A DNA stretch of 64,000 bases. It comes from a virus (Duplodnaviria; Caudoviricetes). The stretch spans positions 1-64,000 of the IMG/VR virus record IMGVR_UViG_3300021400_001366. One strand, given 5' to 3'. Of the stretch, positions 20,074-28,528 are shown in pieces. The stretch's first letter is position 1. Each line of letters starts with the position of its first letter. The notes below the pieces were generated by a model that saw only the letters and a program-made list of their open reading frames with translations, was not told where the DNA came from and did not search any database. The position numbers and the translations under genes were made by a program.

Positions 20074-20874
20074 ATGGAATATATTCGTGAGAATGAGCTG
20101 CGGTATCTGTGTGAAGGATTTGGGCCTCATGGTGAAAAGCGCTATGAGGTCTGGGAGAAGGGCAATTACGATCTGAAGCGCGTGGATAAGCTGGAATGGT
20201 GGTCAAGCAGCAAGGAAGCGGCGATCCAGCATTTCGAGATGGTGAAGGACAGGCCGAAATACAAGGCTCCGAGGGCAGATTGGGGATGGTTGAATGGCTA
20301 AGAAGGAATTTTATATCCGCGTTGGATTGTCTGGCAATGATACAGCGGATTTCAGGAAGCAGGAAGGGCAGACACTAAAGAATGATTATGGCCTTGACCT
20401 GGGCATCGGCTATCACTACAAGCAGATGGGGAAGGACAGGCTGTATAAAGAAGTCAAGATATACGTCATCACTGAACTGCACACCGGCTTGTCGGTGAGT
20501 TATGGTGAGACTAGAAAAGAAGCTATAGAAAATATGCGCAGCGACATCGAAAGGGCTGGCGGTATCGAAGCGTTCAAGCAGAAGATCACGGATTACGTCG
20601 CTGAACACGGTGAATCGCCGCTATACAAGGTAAGCTGTACATATCTATGGGGAAAGGACAAAGCATGAGAGATATTCAAAGGATTGGTAAGTTTTGTGAG
20701 CGGCTGGCGGCTGCGTGGCGCTATGTGCCTGATATGCGGTTTGGCCAGTTGATCTACAACGTGTTCTCAGAGATCGCAAGTCAGGGCAAAGACCCGTTCT
20801 TCCCGGAAGAAGATGAGATGATTGAGATCATCGAGAAGTATTGTAGGGAGAACACGCCGTTCAAAGTGGATTAA
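20074..20874 (+). other. three small hypothetical genes (20074-20301, 20294-20668, 20665-20874)
   Basis: coupled ORFs. Confidence 0.65.
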
Positions 20875-20971
20875 TGTTAAAAGTTCAGTATATTTCAAAA
20901 ATGTTAGAACTCGTAAACCTATTGGAAATGATGTTCATACAAAGTTATTGAAATCGAAATTAGCGATTTGC

Positions 20972-21126
20972 TTGCAATGATAAAGAATAAGTGCTATAAT
21001 ATTGTCCACGAAAGAAAGCCCTAGCGCGTAGATAGCTTGGCGGCAGAAACGCATTAGGGCAAATCCACAGACAGGTGAGTTTTAGTCTGTAGTTCCTATT
21101 CTACTACATTTCATCCTCCCTGTCAA
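20972..21126. promoter_or_regulatory. convergent promoter pair predicting a ~80-nt antisense RNA over a structured leader
   Basis: + strand TTGCAA 20972 / TATAAT 20995; - strand TTGACA 21126-21121 / TAGAAT 21103-21098; hairpin 21018-21060 next to an A-run forms a - strand terminator. Confidence 0.6.
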
Positions 21127-21213
21127 GCAGAATTTATTATACACAGGGAGGACATTTTTATGCCCATAATCGGTTAGCATACCCGTCCACGGTTAATTTA
21201 ATTCAGCGTTCGA

Positions 21214-21270
21214 TTTACTTTTTGATCTTGTGGGTGTATAATTGTTTCACACAGCAAGAACAGATGTTCG
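21214..21270 (+). promoter_or_regulatory. promoter with Bacillota-type LexA (SOS) box
   Basis: TTTACT 21214 / TATAAT 21237; AGAACagatGTTCG 21257-21270. Confidence 0.7.
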
Positions 21271-21308
21271 ATTGCTTCCCTATAACGACCAGGCTAGGAG
21301 GTGTCAGC

Positions 21309-21611
21309 ATGTATTACGCGACCTATATTTACTGCCCGTGCGCTGTTGCGATTTTCGACAATCCAGATGATCGTGACAGGTGGGTTCACCACATCGACCA
21401 GTGTTCACAAGGCTGGACGGGAGTGGACAGGGCGGCGCTGTCATACGATCAGGCTAAGAAAGTTATTGGTGACTCTCTGGACGATGAAAAGAATTATTAC
21501 ATAGACGATGGTATCACTTGGATAGAATCTGAAACCCAGTACCCGACCGATGAATTTCTTGAAGGTAAAAGCCCGACCGTGTTTGAAGTCCTGGGCGTGA
21601 GCATGTTATAG
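21309..21611 (+). CDS. hypothetical protein, probably SOS-regulated
   Basis: AGGAGG RBS; downstream of the SOS box. Confidence 0.7.
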   Translation: MYYATYIYCPCAVAIFDNPDDRDRWVHHIDQCSQGWTGVDRAALSYDQAKKVIGDSLDDEKNYYIDDGITWIESETQYPTDEFLEGKSPTVFEVLGVSML

Positions 21612-21669
21612 AATTTCCATGCATAGCATGTTGAAATAGATTAATCAACGACAGAAAGAGGTAGAGAAT

Positions 21670-21876
21670 ATGCGTAAGTACGGTATCGAAGTAACTTCCA
21701 AGGGCAGCAGCAAGATTATCATGTACAAGAACGACGAACAGGCTAAGACCGAGGCCGAAGAGATGGCGGCAACCCTTCCGACAGGCGAAACCCTGATGCT
21801 GTTCACCGCTGAATGTGACGATGAAGGCAAGCTGGCAAGCAACCTGCGGCATGTCGTTAAGACCTGGCAGCATTGA
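21670..21876 (+). CDS. hypothetical protein
   Basis: ORF with RBS, followed by a terminator hairpin (21883-21909). Confidence 0.7.
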   Translation: MRKYGIEVTSKGSSKIIMYKNDEQAKTEAEEMAATLPTGETLMLFTAECDDEGKLASNLRHVVKTWQH

Positions 21877-21924
21877 TCGTGCGACCCCTTGTCTCACGAC
21901 GAGGGGTCAAAAATTTTCTGGAGA

Positions 21925-21970
21925 AAATCTGTCATTATGTATTGACAAAGCCTGAGACTGGAGTTATAAT
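21925..21970 (+). promoter_or_regulatory. promoter with AAATCTGTCATTA element
   Basis: TTGACA 21942-21947, TATAAT 21965-21970. Confidence 0.85.
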
Positions 21971-22000
21971 CTAGTCATCAAAGGCAAGGAGGTCAATACA

Positions 22001-22933
22001 ATGGAGATGGCGATTAACTGGGGTGCTTACAACAATGATAATGTGGTCGAGTTCAAGCCGGTTAAGCTCCGCGCTGATGGACAGCCCAAGCAGACCCGCA
22101 ACAACAAAAAGGCTGGCGTCAAGGCCGAAGTCCGCTACCTCGAAATGGAGGACGCCAAGCTGATGCTGGATTACTTCATTGACCGTGAAGAGTGGCTGTA
22201 CGCTTTCCTGTTCATGATCTCGTCCAATCTGGCGCGTCGTAACAGCGACATCCGAGCATTGACCTGGAAGCACTTCTTCAATCCTGAAACCGGCAAACTG
22301 CGTGACAAGGTTCTGTCGTTCAGGGAGAAGAAAACCAGCAAGTATTCTGAACCCGACATCAATGAGATGGTGAAGTTCGCTATTGACTTTTACGTGGAGA
22401 AGTCCGGTTGTAATCCCGCCGCTAACAACTACGAAAACCCGATCTGCTTGCAGCTTACCGGCAACTATGCGGGTCGCGTTCTCTCCTATGCGGCTTTCGA
22501 CAATGCCATCAAGAGGGCTGGCAAGGATTTAGGGATTCCTTATAATGTAGGAACGCACAGCCTCCGCAAGACCTTTGGTGCGTGGCTGATGAAGAACAAC
22601 CCGAAAGATCCCCGCATGTTGGAAACGCTGTCTGTCGTGTACAATCACTCCAACACGCGCGTAACCGAGAACTACACCGACCTCACCCATGAAAAGGTTC
22701 GCGGATGCTACGACGAGTTTGGCAGCATGATGGCCAAGTATGTTGTCGGCAGCGAAACGCCTGAGTTCGATTCCAAGACTCCCACGATCTCCATTGACAG
22801 CAAGCGGCTTGACGAGATCCTGCGCATGGCCTACAAAATGGGCATGGAAAACGCCGCAATCACCGACGTTAATGAGCATCTGGCCGCTTATGACGCTATC
22901 CGTCAGGCGGTATCGGACGCGATCAAGGAGTGA
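22001..22933 (+). CDS. tyrosine recombinase/integrase family protein
   Basis: R in LARRNSDI, K in REKKT, HSLRKTF, NHSN..VT..Y catalytic set. Confidence 0.9.
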   Translation: MEMAINWGAYNNDNVVEFKPVKLRADGQPKQTRNNKKAGVKAEVRYLEMEDAKLMLDYFIDREEWLYAFLFMISSNLARRNSDIRALTWKHFFNPETGKLRDKVLSFREKKTSKYSEPDINEMVKFAIDFYVEKSGCNPAANNYENPICLQLTGNYAGRVLSYAAFDNAIKRAGKDLGIPYNVGTHSLRKTFGAWLMKNNPKDPRMLETLSVVYNHSNTRVTENYTDLTHEKVRGCYDEFGSMMAKYVVGSETPEFDSKTPTISIDSKRLDEILRMAYKMGMENAAITDVNEHLAAYDAIRQAVSDAIKE

Positions 22934-23229
22934 CAATGAGATATAAAAGGTTGACGATAAACGACCTTAACGATGAGGGCTGTATCAATGTGTTGTGCGA
23001 GTTCGTCCGGGTAGTAGGCGAAGAATACGAACAATGCCTTGACACAGCCCGAAAATACCCTTCTGATATGACGAGCAGAGAACATCAGCGGTATCTTGAA
23101 CGGTTTATGAGGTCGAATTATTTTTGCAAATTGACTGGGCTTGACGGTGACGAGGTTATCAAGCTCATGAAAGAACGCTACTATACGAGGGTAAACGCTG
23201 GAAGAGTTAGAATGTTTCAGGACGTGTAG
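22930..23229 (+). CDS. hypothetical protein
   Basis: coupled ORF. Confidence 0.7.
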   Translation: MTMRYKRLTINDLNDEGCINVLCEFVRVVGEEYEQCLDTARKYPSDMTSREHQRYLERFMRSNYFCKLTGLDGDEVIKLMKERYYTRVNAGRVRMFQDV

Positions 23230-23251
23230 GTTTCTGTAATAAATTTGAAAT

Positions 23252-23297
23252 AAATCTGTCGTTAAGCATTGACATTTTGTAATAGTTATGATACAAT
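23252..23297 (+). promoter_or_regulatory. promoter with AAATCTGTCGTTA element
   Basis: TTGACA 23269-23274, TACAAT 23292-23297. Confidence 0.85.
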
Positions 23298-23449
23298 ATA
23301 CTTGTCAGCAAGACAAGACGTATCATTCGCTCGGCGGCAGGAATGATAATTGAAAGGGTGTGTGTTCCGATGGCTATGAAAACATAGGTCGATCCCGATG
23401 CTATGCCGCCTGAATTACGCTACATAACAAGCGAAAGGGGTGGCTATAG

Positions 23450-23833
23450 TTGAAGCCTAGATTTGGTGAAATTTGGATGTGCAACCTCTTGGAAAGGAGC
23501 GGCAGCGTCCAGAGCGGGTATCGGCCTGTGTTCGTCGCGTCAAATAACCTGAACAACGAACATAGTCCAACGATCAACATCATCCCGATTACGTCCAGGA
23601 TGAGCAAGAAAAGGCTTCCTATCCATGTGTATCTGTCCAGGTATGATGACTACGGCCTGAGCAGACCCAGCACCATGCTCGTTGAGCAGATCACCACGGT
23701 TCCTGCGGATTACATGTCAGTGAAGCTCGGAGAAATTACGGACGATTGTACTCTCAGCATGATCTTTGATGCAATCGGCATCCAGTTCCCGATAGTTTCC
23801 ATGTTCGCGGGAAAATCTGTGAGCGTCGCTTGA
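23450..23833 (+). CDS. PemK/MazF-family protein
   Basis: GSVQSGYRPVFVASNNLNN..SPT..IPITS...LPIHV...EQITTV. Confidence 0.9.
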   Translation: MKPRFGEIWMCNLLERSGSVQSGYRPVFVASNNLNNEHSPTINIIPITSRMSKKRLPIHVYLSRYDDYGLSRPSTMLVEQITTVPADYMSVKLGEITDDCTLSMIFDAIGIQFPIVSMFAGKSVSVA

Positions 23834-23882
23834 CAGAGTTTAGCCGTGATGGTATAATGAGCGAAGATAGGGAGGGCTGAAT

Positions 23883-24863
23883 ATGCAACTATGCACGACA
23901 GAACAGCTAATTAATGAGTATTTCGCTGCTCAGACTGGAAGGACGGCAAAGTACGACAAAACCAGAATGGACATTGAGAAAATCAGTCAATACGAAGCGG
24001 AACTAGGTAAACAGATTACCGAGATGAACGCGGATGAATTGATTGGGCTGATTAATGTCCTGCTCCCACCACCGAAGATAGTTGATAACAGCTATTCGGG
24101 AAAGTACCAGCAGCTAACTTGGCGATTCAGGGCCATGTTTGAATACTACACTGAGCATTACGCGCCGATAGTGAATCCGTGGAACAAGATTCGCGGCAAG
24201 GATCTTCTTGAGAAAATCAACGAGGGCAGCGAACACCTGAACACGGCCTATCTGATTGGCGTTATCGACAGTCTGTATAAGAACTTGGAGTTTTACCGCG
24301 CGAAATACTTTGAACTGATTCTTCTACTGTTCTACTCTGGTTTTGCGCACGGGAAAGAGATAATCGCGTTCAAGGAAGCGAACATTAACCACGAGTCTAA
24401 AAGCGTCTATGCCATCGATCATATGATTCAGCTTACGGACAGGTGCTATGAGCTGCTTATTGAGATGCATGGTATACAGTCGCTTACCGGCGAGAATTTC
24501 CAGGTGAACCAATTTGTGGCGTATAATGGCAGCTACTTCCATTTTCCCACGAAGTACACTGAATCAAGGTTTAATTCGATGGACGAGGTGTATGTTGCAA
24601 ATTCCATCCATAGGTTCATCACCTCTCAGATCAACAAGGCATGTGGCTGCAATCTCAACTATCACATTGTCTATTGCCTTGGGCTGTATGATCGGATAGT
24701 GAAAGAACTTGGGAAGGAAGAAGCCGATCAAAGGATTACAAGCAGGAAGGACAGACAGAGCGACAAGATTCTCAATGAAGCAGCACGAAAAGCTGGAAGT
24801 AAGTATGATACCTCAAGGCTGAAACGCGCAATGTCGATATTTGTCGATGCGGAGGCCACTTAG
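23883..24863 (+). CDS. tyrosine-recombinase-fold protein lacking catalytic motifs (MrpR/YopR-like repressor candidate)
   Basis: 326 aa; LILLLFYSGF...EI..FK..NI resembles recombinase box I without the Arg; no HxxR; own promoter TTGACA 23830 / TATAAT 23853. Confidence 0.55.
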   Translation: MQLCTTEQLINEYFAAQTGRTAKYDKTRMDIEKISQYEAELGKQITEMNADELIGLINVLLPPPKIVDNSYSGKYQQLTWRFRAMFEYYTEHYAPIVNPWNKIRGKDLLEKINEGSEHLNTAYLIGVIDSLYKNLEFYRAKYFELILLLFYSGFAHGKEIIAFKEANINHESKSVYAIDHMIQLTDRCYELLIEMHGIQSLTGENFQVNQFVAYNGSYFHFPTKYTESRFNSMDEVYVANSIHRFITSQINKACGCNLNYHIVYCLGLYDRIVKELGKEEADQRITSRKDRQSDKILNEAARKAGSKYDTSRLKRAMSIFVDAEAT

Positions 24864-24887
24864 TTGGCCTCCAAAACAAGTTTATAA

Positions 24888-24933
24888 AAATCTGTCGTTA
24901 GGTGTTGACAAACGTTTGGACTTGTGGTATCAT
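24888..24933 (+). promoter_or_regulatory. promoter with AAATCTGTCGTTA element
   Basis: TTGACA 24905-24910, TATCAT 24928-24933. Confidence 0.85.
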
Positions 24934-24967
24934 ATAACCGTAGTCAAGAGAAAGGGAGGCGAGAGAG

Positions 24968-25666
24968 TTGATTGGCTACATGTTATCGGATGGTCGCGGA
25001 AACTACATCAGGTTCGATGGTGGAACCGGCAAGTACGTCCCTGTCCCGTTGAAGAAAGCGGGGTTCGTCTGGAATGATCGCGCCAAGGCCAACAAGATTC
25101 TGAAGAACTCACTGGCGAAGGAACTCAAGAAGAAGTATTCCGTCGTTGTCAGCGAGATTGAGGAAGCCAAGGACGAGCAACCGGCTATGGTTGATGAACC
25201 GACTAGCGTTGAAACCAAGGTCGAAGCACCGACTATGGTTCCTGTCGTGGAGAAGCCCAGGAAGAAGGTCAACAAGATTGATCGCAGCTTGCTTGAATAC
25301 GTCGCGGACGAAAGCGGCATGGAGCAGATTGAGCGCAAGATCGAGGACATGATCCGGTTTTCTACATATGTACAGTCCCGGCAGGAAATCCTCAATGATG
25401 AACTGAGCAAGGTTGACCGTGAAATCTCGGACATTCATCACTTCATAGAGTTTGAATGTCTCAACGCCTATCAGGGCTGGGTCGTGTACAAGCTACTGCA
25501 AAAGAAACTGCTCAAGCGCCGGTCAATCAAGGATGAAATCATGATCGCTGGCAACGTTTTGAGCAGCAAGATCGACTATGTTTCGCTGAACAATGTGAGC
25601 AAGTCAATCAAGGGCTTGGAGCATCGAATGTACAAGCCACGGGAGCTGTCTGATTTGTTTGCATAG
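24968..25666 (+). CDS. coiled-coil hypothetical phage protein
   Basis: LSKVDREISDIHHFIE..LNAYQGW...RR.IKDE...YKPR pattern. Confidence 0.75.
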   Translation: MIGYMLSDGRGNYIRFDGGTGKYVPVPLKKAGFVWNDRAKANKILKNSLAKELKKKYSVVVSEIEEAKDEQPAMVDEPTSVETKVEAPTMVPVVEKPRKKVNKIDRSLLEYVADESGMEQIERKIEDMIRFSTYVQSRQEILNDELSKVDREISDIHHFIEFECLNAYQGWVVYKLLQKKLLKRRSIKDEIMIAGNVLSSKIDYVSLNNVSKSIKGLEHRMYKPRELSDLFA

Positions 25667-25694
25667 GCAGAATCAGTCATTAAGGAATGAGAAC

Positions 25695-25988
25695 ATGAAG
25701 AACGGTCTGTATGTTTGCAACACCGACTGGCGCGGCAATCCCACCCTGGATTACAAGGTCAGGTTGAAGGAAACCGAGAAGTCCTACATATTGACGCTGG
25801 TCGAGAATAACACAAGGTACTCCACCGGTCATATCGAAATGATGTTTGGCAACAAAGGCAAGGTTGTAATCCCGAAGGATGGCCGCTGTCCGCATTGTTT
25901 CAACATCGTGGATGGCATGGATAACTGGTTCTGTGTTTATCCTGGTCGCGCTGGTATTCCATTTTCGTTTAGCTGGGCTGGTGATTGA
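25695..25988 (+). CDS. hypothetical protein
   Basis: ORF. Confidence 0.7.
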   Translation: MKNGLYVCNTDWRGNPTLDYKVRLKETEKSYILTLVENNTRYSTGHIEMMFGNKGKVVIPKDGRCPHCFNIVDGMDNWFCVYPGRAGIPFSFSWAGD

Positions 25989-26312
25989 ATGGAGAACATG
26001 ACGAGAGATTTCATCTACGCGATGAAGCGCCGTGATAAACCCAGGGAAGAAGCTCTGATCGACTTCATGTGTGAACAAACGCTGTCACCGAGGTCATCTT
26101 ATCCACCGAGCATCGTGGAAAGAGTGGCAAGGCGAATGTTCGTGGACTACATATCAACTTGTGACAATCCCGCCTATGAGGTTGACTGTCTGCTGGAAAT
26201 GATGGATCACATCACGGACAAAGCGGACGCGCTCATTGCAACGCTGGAATTGGTGAAGGTCAGAGATAAAGGAAAGTACGTGAACGGATTCTCCGACGAA
26301 GGGGAGTCATAA
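25989..26312 (+). CDS. hypothetical protein
   Basis: ORF. Confidence 0.7.
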   Translation: MENMTRDFIYAMKRRDKPREEALIDFMCEQTLSPRSSYPPSIVERVARRMFVDYISTCDNPAYEVDCLLEMMDHITDKADALIATLELVKVRDKGKYVNGFSDEGES

Positions 26313-26319
26313 TAGGACT

Positions 26320-26365
26320 CTGCGCGAATCTGAACCAAACATAGATTCTTGGGAGGTTCGCGCAG
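26320..26365 (+). promoter_or_regulatory. CRISPR leader-like inverted repeat, copy A
   Basis: ctgcgcgaatc...ACATAGA...ggttcgcgcag; paralogous to 28104-28152, both about 190 nt upstream of the first repeat. Confidence 0.6.
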
Positions 26366-26401
26366 CATTTCAGGAATGTTGGCGATTTAATTGCGCTGAC
26401 A

Positions 26402-26512
26402 TTGGGCGACCTACCGCCCATAAGCCGAGAAAGTGATACATAATGTTAAGTATAATACACTCGGTAAATCACATTTGTGCAAAGTTGAATATCAGAATTG
26501 TGCGTGTTTGCG
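26402..26512 (+). ncRNA. putative Cas12f tracrRNA, copy A
   Basis: hairpin GGGCG-ACCTAC-CGCCC whose loop complements the repeat end GTAGG; ATAAGCCGAGA...CTCGGTAA stem; homologous to 28188-28298. Confidence 0.8.
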
Positions 26513-26662
26513 GCATCAACTTACACGCAAGTGTGAGTTGTAGGAACGATCTGATAAAGTATTGCATCAACTTACGCGCAAGTGTGAGTTGTAGGCACGA
26601 TCTGTAAGTGTATTAACGTCTCTCATTCTGGCATCAACTTGCACGTAGGTGTGAGTTGTAGG
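26513..26662 (+). CRISPR. CRISPR mini-array A: three 32-nt repeats GCATCAACTTACACGCAAGTGTGAGTTGTAGG; spacers 19 and 35 nt
   Basis: repeats at 26513-26544, 26564-26595, 26631-26662; palindromic; followed by hairpin gtcggc..gccgac. Confidence 0.9.
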
Positions 26663-26720
26663 TAATGTCGGCTTTTAACTCGCCGACCAACTGAACCAGC
26701 AGTACGCGAAAGGATAATAA

Positions 26721-28097
26721 ATGAAGTTCAATAAAGTTATCAAGATTTATGCAGACCTCGACAGGTCGCAGCCTTGTAATATAGATTTCTACGGTAAGGA
26801 CAGTTTGACCTCGGTAATTCGTGGATTGCAGTATGATGTCAGAAGTCTCAAGAACCGTACCATGCGAATGGGTTACGATTACGACCAGGCGCAGTTCGAT
26901 TATTACAAGTTCATCGAACGCTGCAAGGCCGAAGTAATGGCAGAGCATTTCCCATCTGTAACTCCGCTGGATTTTTCAAAGTACAAAACCTTTGATGGGT
27001 TCATATATGACTCACTTGCAAGCGGCTATGTCAATATCAATAAAGGAATTGTGGCTTCCCTAACACGTAAGATTTGGGGTGAGTACAAAAACGACAAGAA
27101 GCAAATTGTATCTGGCGAAAAGTCGCTGCGTACATACGGCAAAGATCAGCCGATACCTATTCCCGCGAAACTCTGCAAATTGGATTTTGTGGACGATTTC
27201 AACTACGTGTTCACCGCTTCGCTGCTTTCATCTGGTTTGCAAAAAGAACTCGGCATGAATCGCGGTGGTATCAAGTTTATTCTGCGAGATCAGACCGAAA
27301 GTGAACGCGCTATCCTGAATCGGCTTGTCAGCGGCGAATACAAATTAACCGAATGTCAGCTTGCATATGACCCGCGCAAGAATCGCAGGACGAAGCAGTT
27401 TCTCGGCTGGTATTTCTGCATCGGCTATTCCTTCGAGAAAGACACGTCGAATCCAGAATTGGATAAGAACAAAATCCTTGGCGTTGACCTGGGCGAAACG
27501 AATGTAGTTTACTGCGGATGGAACGGCGACCCCTACTTCAAGAAGTATGTTCCTGGCAGCGAACTCAAAAAGTTCAATAACGTCATCGATAAGCGCAAGC
27601 GCGAACTTCAGATGAGCAGAGTTACAAGGGGAGGCGGTTCCATTGGACACGGCAGAAAATGCGCAATGAAAGTTGTGGATAAGCAAGGCGAGTATGTTCA
27701 CAACTTCATGGAAAACAAAAATTGGCATTATGCGCATTTCGTGGTTGATACAGCCATTGAAAACGGCTTCGGTGTAATCCAGATGGAGGATTTGTCGGGG
27801 ATTACGAACAGCGAAAAGTGTAATCGCCGCTGGACTTTTTACAGCTTGCAGCAAAAGATCACGCAAATTGCCACCGAGAACGGCATTGAGGTCAGGAAGA
27901 TAAACCCGAAGCACACCAGCCAGCGTTGCTCAAAATGCGGGTTTATTTCAAAGGATAACCGAAAGACACAGGCGGTTTTCAAGTGTACGGCTTGCGGGTT
28001 CATGAAAAATGCCGACCACAATGCGGCGATGAACATTTCGATTAGCAATATCGAAGAACTCATTGAACAGCAGTTGAAGGTGCAAAACGCTGCTTAA
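26721..28097 (+). CDS. cas12f: Cas12f1-like (type V-F) miniature RNA-guided nuclease, catalytic motifs intact
   Basis: 458 aa; RuvC-I ILGVDLG, RuvC-II IQMEDLS, zinc finger CSKC/CTAC, RuvC-III NADHNAAMNI, GHGR motif; arrays on both sides; no tnpA. Confidence 0.88.
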   Translation: MKFNKVIKIYADLDRSQPCNIDFYGKDSLTSVIRGLQYDVRSLKNRTMRMGYDYDQAQFDYYKFIERCKAEVMAEHFPSVTPLDFSKYKTFDGFIYDSLASGYVNINKGIVASLTRKIWGEYKNDKKQIVSGEKSLRTYGKDQPIPIPAKLCKLDFVDDFNYVFTASLLSSGLQKELGMNRGGIKFILRDQTESERAILNRLVSGEYKLTECQLAYDPRKNRRTKQFLGWYFCIGYSFEKDTSNPELDKNKILGVDLGETNVVYCGWNGDPYFKKYVPGSELKKFNNVIDKRKRELQMSRVTRGGGSIGHGRKCAMKVVDKQGEYVHNFMENKNWHYAHFVVDTAIENGFGVIQMEDLSGITNSEKCNRRWTFYSLQQKITQIATENGIEVRKINPKHTSQRCSKCGFISKDNRKTQAVFKCTACGFMKNADHNAAMNISISNIEELIEQQLKVQNAA

Positions 28098-28103
28098 CAT
28101 TCA

Positions 28104-28152
28104 CTGGTGCGAACGAATAGCTTACATAGAATCCCTGATACCTTCGCACCAG
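28104..28152 (+). promoter_or_regulatory. CRISPR leader-like inverted repeat, copy B
   Basis: ctggtgcgaa...ACATAGA...ttcgcaccag. Confidence 0.6.
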
Positions 28153-28187
28153 ATTGTAAGTATTCCGATGATTTAATTGCATTGGAA

Positions 28188-28298
28188 TCGGGCGATCTCA
28201 CGTCCATAAGCCGAGATAGTAACTTTAAAATGTGGAAGTGATACACTCGGTAATCATACTTGCGCAAAAATTGAATAGCGTGATTGTGCATGTCTGCG
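28188..28298 (+). ncRNA. putative Cas12f tracrRNA, copy B
   Basis: hairpin GGGCG-ATCTCA-CGTCC whose loop complements the repeat end TGAGA; ATAAGCCGAGA...CTCGGTAA stem. Confidence 0.8.
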
Positions 28299-28528
28299 GA
28301 TTCAATTCACGCGTGTGTACGAATTGAGAGATTCGCTTCATTCAAGCGCTCTTCCAGTTCGCCGATTCAATTCGCGCGTGTGTACGAATTGAGAGCTGGA
28401 GAAGCTCGTGATATTTCGTGATCTCGGCTGATTCAATTCGTGTGTGTGTGTGTGGATTGAGAGTCAGCAAGAGCGAAAACACACTACTGCGCTTAAGATT
28501 CAATTCACGCGTGTGTACGAATTGAGAG
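28299..28528 (+). CRISPR. CRISPR mini-array B: four repeats GATTCAATTCACGCGTGTGTACGAATTGAGAG; spacers 33, 34 and 33 nt
   Basis: repeats at 28299-28330, 28364-28395, 28430-28463 (degenerate, TG expansion) and 28497-28528. Confidence 0.95.

Noticed and set aside
21900-25000. Arbitrium (aimR/aimP) system
   Set aside because: No TPR receptor or secreted peptide gene recognised in this window
26721-28097. IS200/IS605 TnpB transposon
   Set aside because: No tnpA and no IS ends recognised; the gene is flanked by repeat-spacer arrays and tracr-like RNAs, which fits Cas12f better
28440-28454. (TG)n microsatellite as an independent feature
   Set aside because: It is the degenerate core of CRISPR repeat 3
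26545-28496. Self-targeting spacers or a nuclease-dead regulatory Cas12f
   Set aside because: No close protospacer seen by eye in the window (best is 21/30 to dnaB), and the catalytic D/E/D residues are present; the rest of the genome is unseen
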